Shown: piece by piece, positions 49,109 through 60,572 of the stretch
Numbering within the stretch: the stretch's first letter is position 1
Layout: each line of letters opens with the position of its first letter
Source of the DNA: Planktothrix sp. GU0601_MAG3
Lineage (GTDB): Bacteria > Cyanobacteriota > Cyanobacteriia > Cyanobacteriales > Microcoleaceae
DNA: 64,000 nucleotides
Direction: 5' to 3'
NCBI GenBank assembly: GCA_035193785.1
Contig: CP136572.1
Location: 4,948,578-5,012,577 of the forward strand
The notes under the pieces: generated by a model
Database searches by the model: none
What the model was told of the DNA's origin: nothing
What the model saw: the letters and a program-made list of their open reading frames with translations, nothing else
Translations under genes and position numbers: made by a program

Positions 49109-49126
49109 TTTACAATTCGTTACATA
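49109..49126. promoter_or_regulatory. HLR1 (RpaB-binding) box
   Basis: TTTACAAT-TC-GTTACATA, exact match to (G/T)TTACA(T/A)(T/A)-N2-(G/T)TTACA(T/A)(T/A). Confidence 0.7.
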
Positions 49127-49163
49127 GTATAGCATTGTAGAGACGCGCCATGGCACGTCTCTA

Positions 49164-50928
49164 CTAGGGTTTTTTGATCAAAATCTGGCCATTGTTATCA
49201 ATTTTTAAAGGAGTTTTAGGAAAATCTTTTTGGGTGAGATTGCGAATTAAATTAATACTTTTATTGCGATTATCTAAATTAGGAATCCCTTGGGAATTTA
49301 ACTGAACAGGAATAATTTTACCTTCAATAAAATCTCCTTGAGGATTAACTTTTGCTTCCAAAATCAAAGAATATCCTAACTCCCCACTGGTGGATAAAGT
49401 TCGATATCCCATAAAATTACCGAGGGAATAAGCAATTAATTTCCCCTTATATAACTCCATAGCCCTGGGAACATGGGGGCCATGACCTAAGATTAAATCC
49501 GCTCCAGCATCAATCATACTATGGGCAAAAAGAACTAAATTACCGCGATTTTCCCCATAGAAATATTCCGTTTTATTCCTCACATTTAAAGCTCCAGTTC
49601 CTTCCGCTCCTCCATGAAAAGAAATAACCACAAAATCAGCATTTTTTTGAGCTTTTGCAACTAATTTTTTTCCCGCTTCAATATCACTTAAATTATTATG
49701 ATAATCATAATTACTAAAGGCAATAAACGCCGTTTTTACCCCTTTAACTTCATCATAAACAATTTTTCCTTTTTCTCCGACCGCCTTCATGTCCAGCTTA
49801 TTAATATTTTGAATAGTATCTTTAAACCCAGTTTCAAAAAAATCAAAGGAATGATTATTAGCCACACTTAAAATATTAAACCCCGCATCCTTGAGTAAAG
49901 TCGTATATTCGGGAGGAGTCCGAAAGGCAAAAACTAACCCGCGACCGATATTTTTAGCACTATTAGGATATTTAGTTAAAGTGCTTTCAAAATTGCCAAA
50001 CACAATATCCCCTTTCAATTCCGATTTAACCCCCGAAAATAAAGCGGTTTTGTTAGCAGGTAATTTATTAGAGGGATAATTCGTCCCAGGAATAATATCA
50101 CCGACGGCCCGAATGGTAATTCGTAAATCTGGACTAATGGGATTTTCTAGGGTTTTTAGGGTTAATTCAGATACTTGATTGAGATTTTTTAGGGTTGCGG
50201 TTTTGGAAGTTGGGTTAGGTGTGGTAATGTTTTCTGTGGAAAAGGAAAAGGCGGGAATTTGAGCTAAACTTGAAGATATTGCTGGGGGGATTTCCGTTAA
50301 AAAAGTATTAATTTTTGCTTGATTTTGATTAAATAGAATGCCCGATAGGGGCAAAACTATTAAACTAACCGAACCCATAATTAACCAAGGCTTAGAAACA
50401 GAAACTTGAGGTTTAGGAAGGGATAACCCTATTTTTTGAGGTTTTTGAGGTTCTGGGGTTTTTGGCAGGGCTGTTTCATTCTTTGTCGGGGCAATCCCCC
50501 TGTGGTTGCCCCCATCCCTGAAACGCCTGCAAATCGTGGATAGGGAGGGTAGGCGCGGGGGCACTACCCCTACAAAATCCTGGTTTCCCTGAGAATGAAA
50601 CAGCCCTGGGGTTTTTGGGGGTGTTGGGATAAATTCCCGCAAGACTAGGGTTTGTGTCCAGCCGGATTTTTTTTGACCGCGACGGGTTTCCAGAAATTGT
50701 CACCGACCCAATTACAGGGGATTCTAACCGCATTAACCCATTTTGGACAACTCGAACACTACCTTGAACATCGGGAAGTTGTTCAGACTCTAAAACGACC
50801 TGGAGATGGTGCTCTTGACGAGTAACCCTGGCGGTCACTCCCTTGGATTGTAACGCTTGGTTGATTAAAATTGCGATCGCATTAGCATCACCGGTTTTTG
50901 CCAAGGCGATAGTATTATAGCCGCTCAC
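49164..50928 (-). CDS. CapA/PGA_cap family metallophosphoesterase with N-terminal domain; +1 insertion at 50686 and an in-frame MITE
   Basis: AVGDI, GNFES, ANNHSFD, SFHGG, GHGPHV, YSLGNF motifs. Confidence 0.9.
50466..50608. mobile_element. 143-bp MITE with 17-bp TIRs and a 10-bp target duplication, in frame within the CapA-family gene
   Basis: TIR CAGGGCTGTTTCATTCT / AGAATGAAACAGCCCTG; direct repeat GGGTTTTTGG at 50456-50465 and 50609-50618. Confidence 0.9.
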
Positions 50929-51126
50929 TCCGATCTCCTAACAACCACTTCAATATCTTATGATTAAGTGGCATTCTGGGGGAAATACCAACTTTATGTT
51001 TTTTTAGCTAACTTTCCCTTAGCACCCCACCCAGAGCGAGTACAATGATCAGGAGTTTGTTCGATCAGGGCTTGAAACAGAATTTTCAGTATTATTTTTA
51101 TAGGCAGATCTTGGGAGGATATAACC

Positions 51127-52230
51127 TTGGCCGTTCAGTATAGTTACGATAACACCAGCAATCGTTCACCCCATTGCATTCTAATTACAGGCGGAGCGGG
51201 GTTTATTGGCTCAAACTTTGTCCATCATTGGTTTAGTGCCTATCCCGATGACCGGATTGTGGTTGTAGATGCGCTAACCTATGCGGGAAATCTGCAAAAT
51301 ATTGTTAGTTTGAAACATAAACCTAATTTTCGGTTTGTGCAAGGGGATATTTGCGATCGCCCTTTAATTGATGGGTTATTAAAAGAAGAACAGATCAATA
51401 CTATTGCCCATTTTGCCGCAGAATCCCACGTTGATCGGTCAATTATTGGCCCCGGTGCTTTTGTACAAACCAATGTAGTCGGGACATTTACTCTTTTAGA
51501 AGCCTTCCGTCAATATTGGACAGCCCAGGGTAAACCGGAACATTATCGGTTTCTACACGTTTCCACCGATGAAGTTTATGGAAGTCTTGGCCCGAATGAT
51601 CATGCTTTTACCGAACAGACTCCTTATACTCCTAATAGTCCCTATTCTGCTTCAAAAGCGGGAAGTGATCATTTAGCCAGAGCTTATTATCATACCTACG
51701 GAATGCCGACAATTATTACTAATTGCTCTAATAATTATGGCCCCTATCATTATCCTGAAAAACTAATTCCGTTAATGTGTATTAATGTTTTATTAGGAAA
51801 ACCCCTTCCGGTTTATGGCGATGGTGAAAATGTCCGAGATTGGTTGTATGTTTTAGATCATTGTCGGGCTTTAGATGCGGTAATTCATAATGGAAGAATT
51901 GGAGAAACTTACAATATTGGGGGAAATAATGAAGTTAAGAATATTGATTTAGTTAAAATGTTATGTCGGATTATGGATGAATTGGCTGTTAATTTACCCG
52001 TAAAACCTTCTAAGCAATTAATTACCTTTGTTAAAGATAGGGCTGGACATGATCGACGCTATGCCATTGATGCGACTAAAATTAAAACGGAATTAGGCTG
52101 GGCTCCCTTAGTCACCGTGGAAGAAGGGTTACGTCAAACTATTGGCTGGTATTTGACCCATCGCAGTTGGTGGGAACCTTTATTATCAGAAGAATATCAA
52201 GCCTATTATCGACAGGTTTATCCGTCTTAA
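51127..52230 (+). CDS. rfbB: dTDP-glucose 4,6-dehydratase
   Basis: TGGAGFIGSN, AAESHVDRSI, STDEVYG, YSASK, GHDRRYAID motifs. Confidence 0.96.
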   Translation: MAVQYSYDNTSNRSPHCILITGGAGFIGSNFVHHWFSAYPDDRIVVVDALTYAGNLQNIVSLKHKPNFRFVQGDICDRPLIDGLLKEEQINTIAHFAAESHVDRSIIGPGAFVQTNVVGTFTLLEAFRQYWTAQGKPEHYRFLHVSTDEVYGSLGPNDHAFTEQTPYTPNSPYSASKAGSDHLARAYYHTYGMPTIITNCSNNYGPYHYPEKLIPLMCINVLLGKPLPVYGDGENVRDWLYVLDHCRALDAVIHNGRIGETYNIGGNNEVKNIDLVKMLCRIMDELAVNLPVKPSKQLITFVKDRAGHDRRYAIDATKIKTELGWAPLVTVEEGLRQTIGWYLTHRSWWEPLLSEEYQAYYRQVYPS

Positions 52231-52231
52231 A

Positions 52232-52323
52232 TAGGACTTACGCAGAATACCCAATTATACACCATCTGTAGGGGCGAATGGCCATTCGCCCCTACTAGAT
52301 ATGGTTGTTTTGCGTAAGTCCTG
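52232..52323. mobile_element. 92-bp MITE with AGGACTTACGCA/TGCGTAAGTCCT ends and an internal GTAGGGGCGAA...CGCCCCTAC hairpin
   Basis: Terminal inverted repeats; partial second copy at 39806. Confidence 0.8.
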
Positions 52324-52329
52324 TAAGTG

Positions 52330-52671
52330 CTAAAAATCATTCAATTCCGCGATAATATCTAAACTATCTTTATCTTTATTGGCTTTATAAACAGGATGAA
52401 TAATATCCTCTAAATACAATTTACCCTCTTGATAAGATATATAAAGTTTCCAGCGTTCTGCATCATCAATTTTGGCACAATAAAGGGGAATTTGTGTCCC
52501 CTTGATGCGTTTTAGTTTGGTTTTATAAAACCGTTGATAGCGATAGCAAGATTCGTCTTGAAGTTCGGCTAAAACCTCTAAAAACCGACCTCGTAATTGT
52601 AAGGGAAGCAGTTTTAACGCTTTGCCAATAATCCCGCGTTCATCAATGAGTGATGGTGGCGACTGTAACAT
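52330..52671 (-). CDS. hypothetical protein, RelE/ParE-like pattern
   Basis: 113 aa, basic; KLKRIKG..LY..KI....WKLYI; overlaps the upstream ORF. Confidence 0.6.
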   Translation of the reverse strand: MLQSPPSLIDERGIIGKALKLLPLQLRGRFLEVLAELQDESCYRYQRFYKTKLKRIKGTQIPLYCAKIDDAERWKLYISYQEGKLYLEDIIHPVYKANKDKDSLDIIAELNDF

Positions 52672-53056
52672 AATTTGATTTGACCTCTGTTAAGGGTTGG
52701 GGGGGTAAGAAAGACTGATAAATTGATTCTCCAACTTGTTGATAAACCTTCGCTACGACTTGATTATCAACAACTCTAAATAAAGTAATCATGGTGCGAC
52801 CAAATATAGGATCATCATCAATAGTTAAAATCACCCGCAGGTAATAATTTACAATAAAAGAATAGAGAGATGAGCCATAATCTTCGAGGAAATCAAATTG
52901 ATGAAACTGATGCAGTCGTCTTTCGCGATCGCTTTTACCTTCTAATAATGAGGCAAAATATTCATAAATCTGTTGCACAATAATATCATGTTCCGCTTCA
53001 CTATGGGTTTTTAAATCCGCCTCAAATTCCTCAGTAGACTCAAATATAATTTCCAT
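52643..53056 (-). CDS. hypothetical protein, RelE-like pattern, acidic
   Basis: MEIIFESTEEFEADL...SLYSF.V...LRVILTIDDDP...ITLFRVV. Confidence 0.65.
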   Translation of the reverse strand: MEIIFESTEEFEADLKTHSEAEHDIIVQQIYEYFASLLEGKSDRERRLHQFHQFDFLEDYGSSLYSFIVNYYLRVILTIDDDPIFGRTMITLFRVVDNQVVAKVYQQVGESIYQSFLPPQPLTEVKSNYVTVATITH

Positions 53057-53164
53057 AACCCCAACCCCCAAGCTAACATTAGGTTATCCAGAATTGTTAG
53101 TAATATTATCTTAAAATAGACCGATAGCGGTTTTATTTTTGTATGGGACTTGATTACCCCGGCA

Positions 53165-53830
53165 TCAGGTGGGAATTGAAGGTTGATTCAGGAGATTAGA
53201 TAATGTATAGGTTAACTTATCCCCTATCCCCGCAACCCAATTTTCATCCTGTTGGGTATAACTTCGAGGAGCATTTGCCCCCAAAATTAAAACGCCGTAA
53301 TTACCAAGGGGTTGACAAATCACGCCCTGGGTATTTTCAGGCAAATAATCAAATTCAATTCGACCCGGATATAAAGCTAAATTAACTAAATAAATCGGCT
53401 TTTGTTTGTCTATCACCCGTTGTAAAATCGGCCCGGGTTTAACATCAGGATTATTTCCTAATACTCCCCGTCTTAATAACACTTCCCCCTGATAATAAAC
53501 CACAACAGAACGGGTGACGGTATTAGTTAATAATAAATGGGAAGCCCAGGCTAATTCCGTTTTAACTAATTCCGGTAAATCCGGTTTTAATTCAAACCCT
53601 TGTTCTCCGATTAAATCCACGGAATCTGGTGATTTGGGTTGAATTTGTTGCCACAATAAACCCGTTAAAATCAACACCGCACTTAAAATCACCCCCAAGG
53701 CATCGGAACGGGCTTGAGAGTTGAATAATTCGGGGGTTAGGAGCCGATTTATTAGGAGTAATACCCCACCCAAAACCCCAGCAAAAATAGGGAGTAATCT
53801 TAATATCTGATTGCGATCGGATTTTGCCAT
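53165..53830 (-). CDS. cofactor assembly of complex C subunit B (CCB2/CCB4) family protein
   Basis: Two TM helices, ELAWASHLLL, LYPGRIEFDYLP, GAF-like C-terminus. Confidence 0.75.
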   Translation of the reverse strand: MAKSDRNQILRLLPIFAGVLGGVLLLINRLLTPELFNSQARSDALGVILSAVLILTGLLWQQIQPKSPDSVDLIGEQGFELKPDLPELVKTELAWASHLLLTNTVTRSVVVYYQGEVLLRRGVLGNNPDVKPGPILQRVIDKQKPIYLVNLALYPGRIEFDYLPENTQGVICQPLGNYGVLILGANAPRSYTQQDENWVAGIGDKLTYTLSNLLNQPSIPT

Positions 53831-53842
53831 GAAAGTATAGTA

Positions 53843-53950
53843 GGGAACAGGGAATAGGGAATTACGAATTACGAATTACGAATTACGAATTACGAATGGG
53901 GAATTTAAAAATTTAAGTCCCCCTTTTTTAAGGGGGATTTAGGGGGATCA
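53843..53950. repeat. STRR (GGGAACA, GAATTAC) plus CCCCCTTTTTAAGGGGG palindrome
   Basis: Directly visible. Confidence 0.8.
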
Positions 53951-53960
53951 GATCCAGTTT

Positions 53961-54693
53961 TTAACCTACTTCTCCCGGTTCAATAATTCGTTGGAATAGA
54001 TATCCGGTTCCCCGTGCGGTTAAAATTAATTCGGGATTACTCGGATCATCTTCTAACTTTGCCCGTAGGCGAGAAATATGAACATCTACCACCCGGGTAT
54101 CGACGTGACGTTCTGGAGTATATCCCCAGACTTCTTGTAAAATTTCAGAACGGGAAAAGGGTTCACCAGAACGACTAACTAAGAGTTCTAAAAGACTAAA
54201 TTCCATCCCCGTTAGGCGGATGCGTTCATCTCCCTTGTAAACCTGTCGCTTGTTCGTATCAATCCTAATATTACTAACTTGAATGACACCGGAACTAGGA
54301 ATCCCCGAAGTTCCATTTTTATCAATCCGACGTAATACCGAGCGAATTCTCGCTTCCAGTTTCCTTGGGAGAAAAGGGCTTAACCACATAATCATCCGCC
54401 CCTAACTCCAACCCTGTAATCCGATCCGCCACATCCCCCAAGGCTGTTAACATGATAATCGGAATATCGGATTCCTTGCGTAACTCCTGACAGACCCCAT
54501 ACCCGTCTAATTTGGGCATCATCACATCCAAAACCACCAAATCCGGGTTGGTTTTGCGGAAGGTCTCTAGGGCTTCTTCTCCATCAGCCGCGGTTACGAC
54601 ATCGTAACCAATCATGGAAAGGCGAGTTTCCAAAATCCGGCGGATACTAGCCTCATCATCAACAACCAAAATTTTTTCTTTATGATTTTCCAA
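53961..54693 (-). CDS. rpaB: OmpR-family response regulator RpaB (Ycf27), +1 insertion at 54359-54363
   Basis: EKILVVDDEASIRRILETRLSMIGY...ERHVDTRVVDVHISRLRAKLEDDPSNPELILTARGTGY. Confidence 0.96.
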
Positions 54694-54864
54694 TGGATTT
54701 CCACGCTCCCTTAGTTGGATTAAGTTACAGTTTTAATAGAAATCATAATCGAACTCGCAACCCGATCACTGGTACGGGCGGGTTCTTTTAGATCTTTGTT
54801 CATTACCTAAATCTTGATAAACCCGCCCCTACAACTCCTAAACTGATAACTGGTAACTGATTAC

Positions 54865-56478
54865 ATGGCAAAGTCTCGTACCCTTTATGTTTGTCACGAA
54901 TGTGGAGCCGAATTTCCTCAATATTTTGGCCGATGTTCCGCTTGTCATGCTTGGAATTCCCTAGAAGAACAAATTGAACAGCCCGCGCCCGCGCCTTCTC
55001 AACGCTTTAGTTGGAGTCACCTCCAAGGAGAAAACCCCGAGGGTCTAGGGGAAGTCACTAAACCCGGACAACCCCGTGCTTCTTTTCTATTATCCCAAAT
55101 TTCCGATCAATCCCAATCTCGAATGCCATCGGGTTATGGAGAGTTAGATCGGGTCTTGGGGGGTGGCATTGTACCGGGGTCTTTGGTGTTAATTGGGGGA
55201 GAACCGGGGATTGGTAAGTCTACCCTATTATTACAGGTGGCTAATCTTTTGTCCTACACCAATCGGGTGTTGTATGTGTCGGCGGAGGAGTCGGGACAAC
55301 AGGTAAAATTGCGATCGCAACGTTTAGGCGTGGGTGAGGAGGGCGAAACCGAAACCACACCGCAAACCAAACCTGAAAATGGCGGTCAACATCCCCCAAC
55401 CCCCACCGACCCCTTTACCGAACAACTGAAAAATCATCAACCCAAACAACCAACATCCGCAGAAAACGGCGAAAACACAACCACTAAGCCAGAATCTGCG
55501 AGAAGTTCTCATCAGGAACAAGATTTATATTTACTCCCTGAAACCGATTTAGAAGTAATTTTAAGGGAGTTAGAATCCCTGAAACCGCAGTTAGCAGTAA
55601 TTGATAGTATTCAGACGGTTTTTTTCTCCAGTCTCACCTCCGCACCCGGTTCGGTGGCGCAGGTGCGTGAATGTACGTCGGCGTTAATGCAGGTGGCTAA
55701 ACGGGAAAATATTACCCTATTAATTGTCGGTCACGTTACCAAAGATGGGGGTATTGCTGGGCCGAGGGTGTTAGAACATTTAGTCGATACGGTATTATAT
55801 TTTGAAGGCGATCGCTTTGCATCTCATCGCCTATTACGTTCGATGAAAAACCGTTTTGGCGCGACCCATGAAATCGGGGTGTTTGAAATGGTCGCCCATG
55901 GATTAAAGGAAGTTTCTAATCCTTCAGAATTATTTTTAGGAAATCGAGATGACTTCTCCCCTGGAACCTCCACGGTGGTAGCCTTAGAAGGCACTCGGCC
56001 GATTGTGGTAGAAATTCAAGCCCTAGTTAGTCCGGCTAGTTACGGTTCGGCGCGACGGGCGACCACCGGGGTAGATAGTGGCCGATTATTACAAATTTTA
56101 GCGGTTTTGGAAAAACGGGTGGGGATTCCCCTATCTAAATTAGATGCCTATGTGGCGTCGGTGGGGGGTTTAAAGGTCGAAGAACCGGCGGCGGACTTGG
56201 GGATAGCTATTGCTATTGTTGCTAGTTTCCGCGACCGGGTAGTTGACCCTCGGACGATTTTAATTGGGGAAATCGGCTTAGGGGGACAGGTGCGCCCGGT
56301 GTCTCAATTGGAACTACGGTTAAGGGAGGCGGCAAAATTAGGATTTAAACGGGCAATTATTCCCAAGGGTCAAAGTCCGGCGGATTTAGGATTACAAATT
56401 ATTCCGGTAAGTAAGGTGATTGATGCGATTATTGCTTCTATCCCCGCCCAACCGCCAACCATGAATGATGAATTCTGA
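54865..56478 (+). CDS. radA: DNA repair protein RadA/Sms
   Basis: C4 zinc finger, GEPGIGKST, KNRFG, Lon-like C-domain. Confidence 0.97.
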   Translation: MAKSRTLYVCHECGAEFPQYFGRCSACHAWNSLEEQIEQPAPAPSQRFSWSHLQGENPEGLGEVTKPGQPRASFLLSQISDQSQSRMPSGYGELDRVLGGGIVPGSLVLIGGEPGIGKSTLLLQVANLLSYTNRVLYVSAEESGQQVKLRSQRLGVGEEGETETTPQTKPENGGQHPPTPTDPFTEQLKNHQPKQPTSAENGENTTTKPESARSSHQEQDLYLLPETDLEVILRELESLKPQLAVIDSIQTVFFSSLTSAPGSVAQVRECTSALMQVAKRENITLLIVGHVTKDGGIAGPRVLEHLVDTVLYFEGDRFASHRLLRSMKNRFGATHEIGVFEMVAHGLKEVSNPSELFLGNRDDFSPGTSTVVALEGTRPIVVEIQALVSPASYGSARRATTGVDSGRLLQILAVLEKRVGIPLSKLDAYVASVGGLKVEEPAADLGIAIAIVASFRDRVVDPRTILIGEIGLGGQVRPVSQLELRLREAAKLGFKRAIIPKGQSPADLGLQIIPVSKVIDAIIASIPAQPPTMNDEF

Positions 56479-56724
56479 TCGGAAATTAATTAAATCAAGA
56501 AAAGCGTCTAATTTCAAGAGTGAACTATTAGTCTATTTCTCCGATTATATCTGTTAAAATAAAAATGATTCAGGGGGCGTTTAGTGTGAAATCTATGGAT
56601 GCCATAGTTTTTAAATAACTCGATTTTCTTAAACAATAAGTGTATTTAAGGAAAATTCGCGTTAATTATATACAGAAATTAAGATTTAAGTGGTGATCAA
56701 AAATAATATCTACCACTGATATTT

Positions 56725-59360
56725 ATGATCAGCTTACTCACAACGAAAATGAAATTCCTTGAACGCGCCCATGTTACAAGTAGCCGATACTTAATTATAG
56801 TTAGTTTGATTGCAGTATTCTACTGGATAGTTGGCAAGGTGACGGTGGAATACTTAATGTTGGGTTCCACCGAAGCCCTATTCTGGCCGAATGCGGGGGT
56901 TGCCCAGGGGATTATTCTTTTGTGTGGTTATCGATATTGGCCAGCAATTACCCTGGGGGCGTTTTTTTCCCTAATTGCCATTGACCAGATGCCTATGTTT
57001 ATTGTGGTATTGTCTAGTTTTGGCGTGACATTACAAGCCTGTTTAGTTAGTAAATTATTCCGTCGCCTTGACTTTTCTCCCCAACTCAAACACCTGAAAG
57101 ATGTCCTGGAACTAATTATCTTAGCGGGGATAATTTCTACCCTAATTAATCCGACCCTTACTATCCTCATGGCTTGTTTGAGTGGTTGGCTACCTTGGGA
57201 AGATTTTACCCGAATTTGGATTGGTGGGTGGTTAGGAAGTGCCACTGGGGTATTAGTTATAACCCCGGTATTATTAACCTGGGGTAGCGAATTCCAACGG
57301 TATTACTATCGCTGTCAAACTCCCACTTCCCCGGTCTGGTCTTTTCTCAACGCCCTATCCCAAAGTTTATCCCTGGGTACAACCAGATTACGCCTTTCCG
57401 AACGTCCTCCTCGGGAGTTTTTGTGGCGTCGGTTGGAGGTTTCCCTTTGGTTATTACTATTATTTGGCTTAAATTGGTTTGTATTTTGTTCTCGAACTCG
57501 GTCGGCATTTATTGGTTTTCCCCTAGAATATCTGCCCTTTCCGTTTTTTGTTTGGGCTTCCCTACGATTTGGCCAACGGGGAACGGTCATTGGCCATTTG
57601 ATTACGGCCGGTTTTGCGGTTTGGGGAGTGGTGCGGGGGAGTGGGCCGTTCATTAGTCGCAGTATACGGATACCCCTCAAATTTTTTCTCTACAAGCCTT
57701 TATCCTGATTATGGCAATTACGGGGTTAGTTTTAGCGGCCACGGTTACAGAACGTCAACAGGCGGAAACACGTCTGAGAAACAGTCAAACCAGTTTAGCT
57801 AATGCTCAACGGATTGCTAAATTAGGTCATTGGGATCTGAAAATTAGCAGCTATGAATTATTTTGGTCGGATGAACTCTATCGAATATTAGACACAACGG
57901 CTCAATATGTCAAACCGAGTTTTCCCCAATTTTTGGAATTTGTTCACCCAGAAGACCGGAGTTATGTCCAAAATTACCTTGATCAAGCCTTATTTCAACA
58001 AAAACCCTATTGTATTGATTATCGCTTGAAATTAGCCTCGGGTGAGGAACGGATTGTTTTTGAACAGGCGGTAATTACTTCTAGTCATATTACTAGCACA
58101 ATTCAAGATATTACAGACCGGAAACAGGCGGAAATTGCTTTAAGAGCTAGTGAGGAAAGATTTTCAAAAACCTTTAGTGCTAGTCCGATTGGAATTAGTA
58201 TTATGACCCTGGTAGATGAACTATTTTTAGATGTCAATGATAGTTTTTTACGTCAAATGGGTTGGCATCGACAGGAAGTATTAAATCATACTCCAGAACA
58301 ATTGAATATGTGGGTTGATTCTCAAAAACATTTTCAACTCAAACAACAATTAAAAAATCACAATCAAATTAGTAATGTTGAGTTAAAAATTCGCCAAAAA
58401 TCAGGAATAATTAGAAATTGGTTAGTTTCTATTGAATTAATTGATTTAGGGGGAATTGCTTGTTTATTGATGATGGCTAATGATATTACCGAGCGTCAAC
58501 AGGCGGAAGAATTGAAAATGGCCAAGGAAGCCGCCGAAACCGCTAACCATGCTAAAAGTTTATTTTTAGCCAATATGAGCCATGAACTTAGGACTCCCCT
58601 AAATGCTATTTTAGGTTATAGTGAATTATTAATAGAAGATGCTCAAGAATTACATCAAGATGAATTTGTCGGAGATTTAAAAAATATTTATGTAGCGGGG
58701 CAACATTTATTAACTTTGATTAGTGAAATTTTGGATTTCTCTAAAATTGAAGCGGGTCGGATGAGTTTTCATTTAGAAACCTTTAAAGTTTCGACCTTAC
58801 TTTGGGAAGTGGAAACCACTGTTACTCCGGCTGCGGATAAGAATTCTAATCAGTTTATCCTAGAGGTAGCCGCGGATGTAGATTTTATGCACACCGACTT
58901 AACAAAAGTTCGTCAATGTCTATTAAATCTCCTCAGTAATGCCTGCAAATTTACAGAAAAAGGTCAGGTAACTCTCAAGGTTTGGCAAGAAAAACTAGAC
59001 GGTGTTAATCTGAATACAGATTCCATACCAGAGCCAGAATTGATCATGGTTAATGAAGAACTAACGGGTGGTGCTTGTTGTCTTCCTGATATGCAAAAAA
59101 GCTGTTCAACCTTGATTATTTTTCAAGTGACAGATACTGGAATTGGCATGAGTCCTAAACAGTTAGCAACGGTTTTTAATCCCTTTACCCAAGCGGATGA
59201 AAGCACAACTCGCCGTTACGGAGGTACGGGTTTAGGGTTAACCATTACCCAAAAATTATGTCAAATGATGGGAGGAGATTTATCCGTAATTAGTGAGTTA
59301 GGAAAAGGCTCTACTTTCACGATGAAACTTCCTAAAATCCTTCATTGTTTACCCAAATAA
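56725..59360 (+). CDS. MASE1-PAS-PAS histidine kinase, split by an apparent 1-bp deletion near 57660
   Basis: MASE1 TM region (FWPNAG, WASLRFG, GSGPF), PAS domains, [15 protein letters not shown]. Confidence 0.88.
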
Positions 59361-59488
59361 GTAGAGACGTGCCACGGCGCGTCTGTCATCAGTCATCAGT
59401 TTAAGAGTTAAATGCTATTAAGTATTCACCTCCTTAATTAAAAGTGATCATTGATAACTGTACTGAATTACCGTTGCTAAAGGGAATT

Positions 59489-60356
59489 TTACTGCATGAC
59501 TAAATTATCAAGTTCCCGTTGCATTGCTGTTTTCACCTGTTGATAACAAACATCAACATACTCCCGGTCATTGGCCGCGTCCCGTCCATCGCGTTTCAAA
59601 CTCAATCGCCGGACAAATGTGAATCTTGATTTTTGCCGGAAGGGGAAAATTCGGTAAAGGCCCAATTCCTATCCCCCAAGGTAATCCTAAATAAATCGGA
59701 AATACCTCCGGGTCAAGGTCTAATAACCAAGGCATTCCCAAGTTGTGTAATTGTTTTACCCAGTCGTAAATATCCGCCAGCACAATCAGAGTATCGTGGG
59801 CACCCGATGAAATCACTGGAACAATCGGGGCCTTCTCCCGCAGGGCTAACTTAATAAACCCTTTACGACCGGCGAAATGAATTTGGTTGCGTAGCCGATG
59901 GGGACGAAATACATCCTCACCCCCGCCCGGATAAACCAACACCGTCGCATTCTGTCGCAAAGCTGCCATTCCCATGCGTGGATGGGCCATAACAGCCCCG
60001 GAACGCACGGCCGACGCTGCTACTTCTGGGGCCACCTGCCAAACTTTCGGGTGCATCAGTCCATAGAGTAATCTTTCGGTTCCGAATTGACGACACCAAG
60101 CGTACAACCCCATAAACATATCTGGGGCCGCTAAACCCCCGTTATGGGAACCCACCAACAACATCTTATTTTGGGGCGGGAGATTCTCCCAGCCGGAGGT
60201 TTGGACTTGAAAATAATGGTCATAGAACCAACCCAAAAATGGCATCAGGGATCGGATATATTCGGGATCACGATCCTGTAATGACCAACCGGTGAAACGG
60301 GGATTCTCCTTTGGGTTGGGAGATGGATGACTGTTGAAGAAGGGGTTCAAGATCAC
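59489..60356 (-). CDS. lysophospholipid acyltransferase family protein, +1 insertion at 59593-59597
   Basis: SHNGGLAAPD, YPGG, GFIKLAL motifs; corrected C-terminus FERDGRDAANDREYVD... Confidence 0.85.
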
Positions 60357-60572
60357 GAAACGCTAAACTTTGCCTCCGTCAAGATACTCTGGTTTTGAGG
60401 AAATTTGATCCTAATTAAACCACAAAAAAGCCGGGAATGGGCAATCGGCAAAAAGATTTCATCTCGTAGTGAGGCGTTTACGCCTCAGAATAGCCCTAAA
60501 GGGCTTACTACGAATTTGTTATATTAAAATGGAATATAACCGCCTAAATATTGTATCTAATCCGTAACGCTT

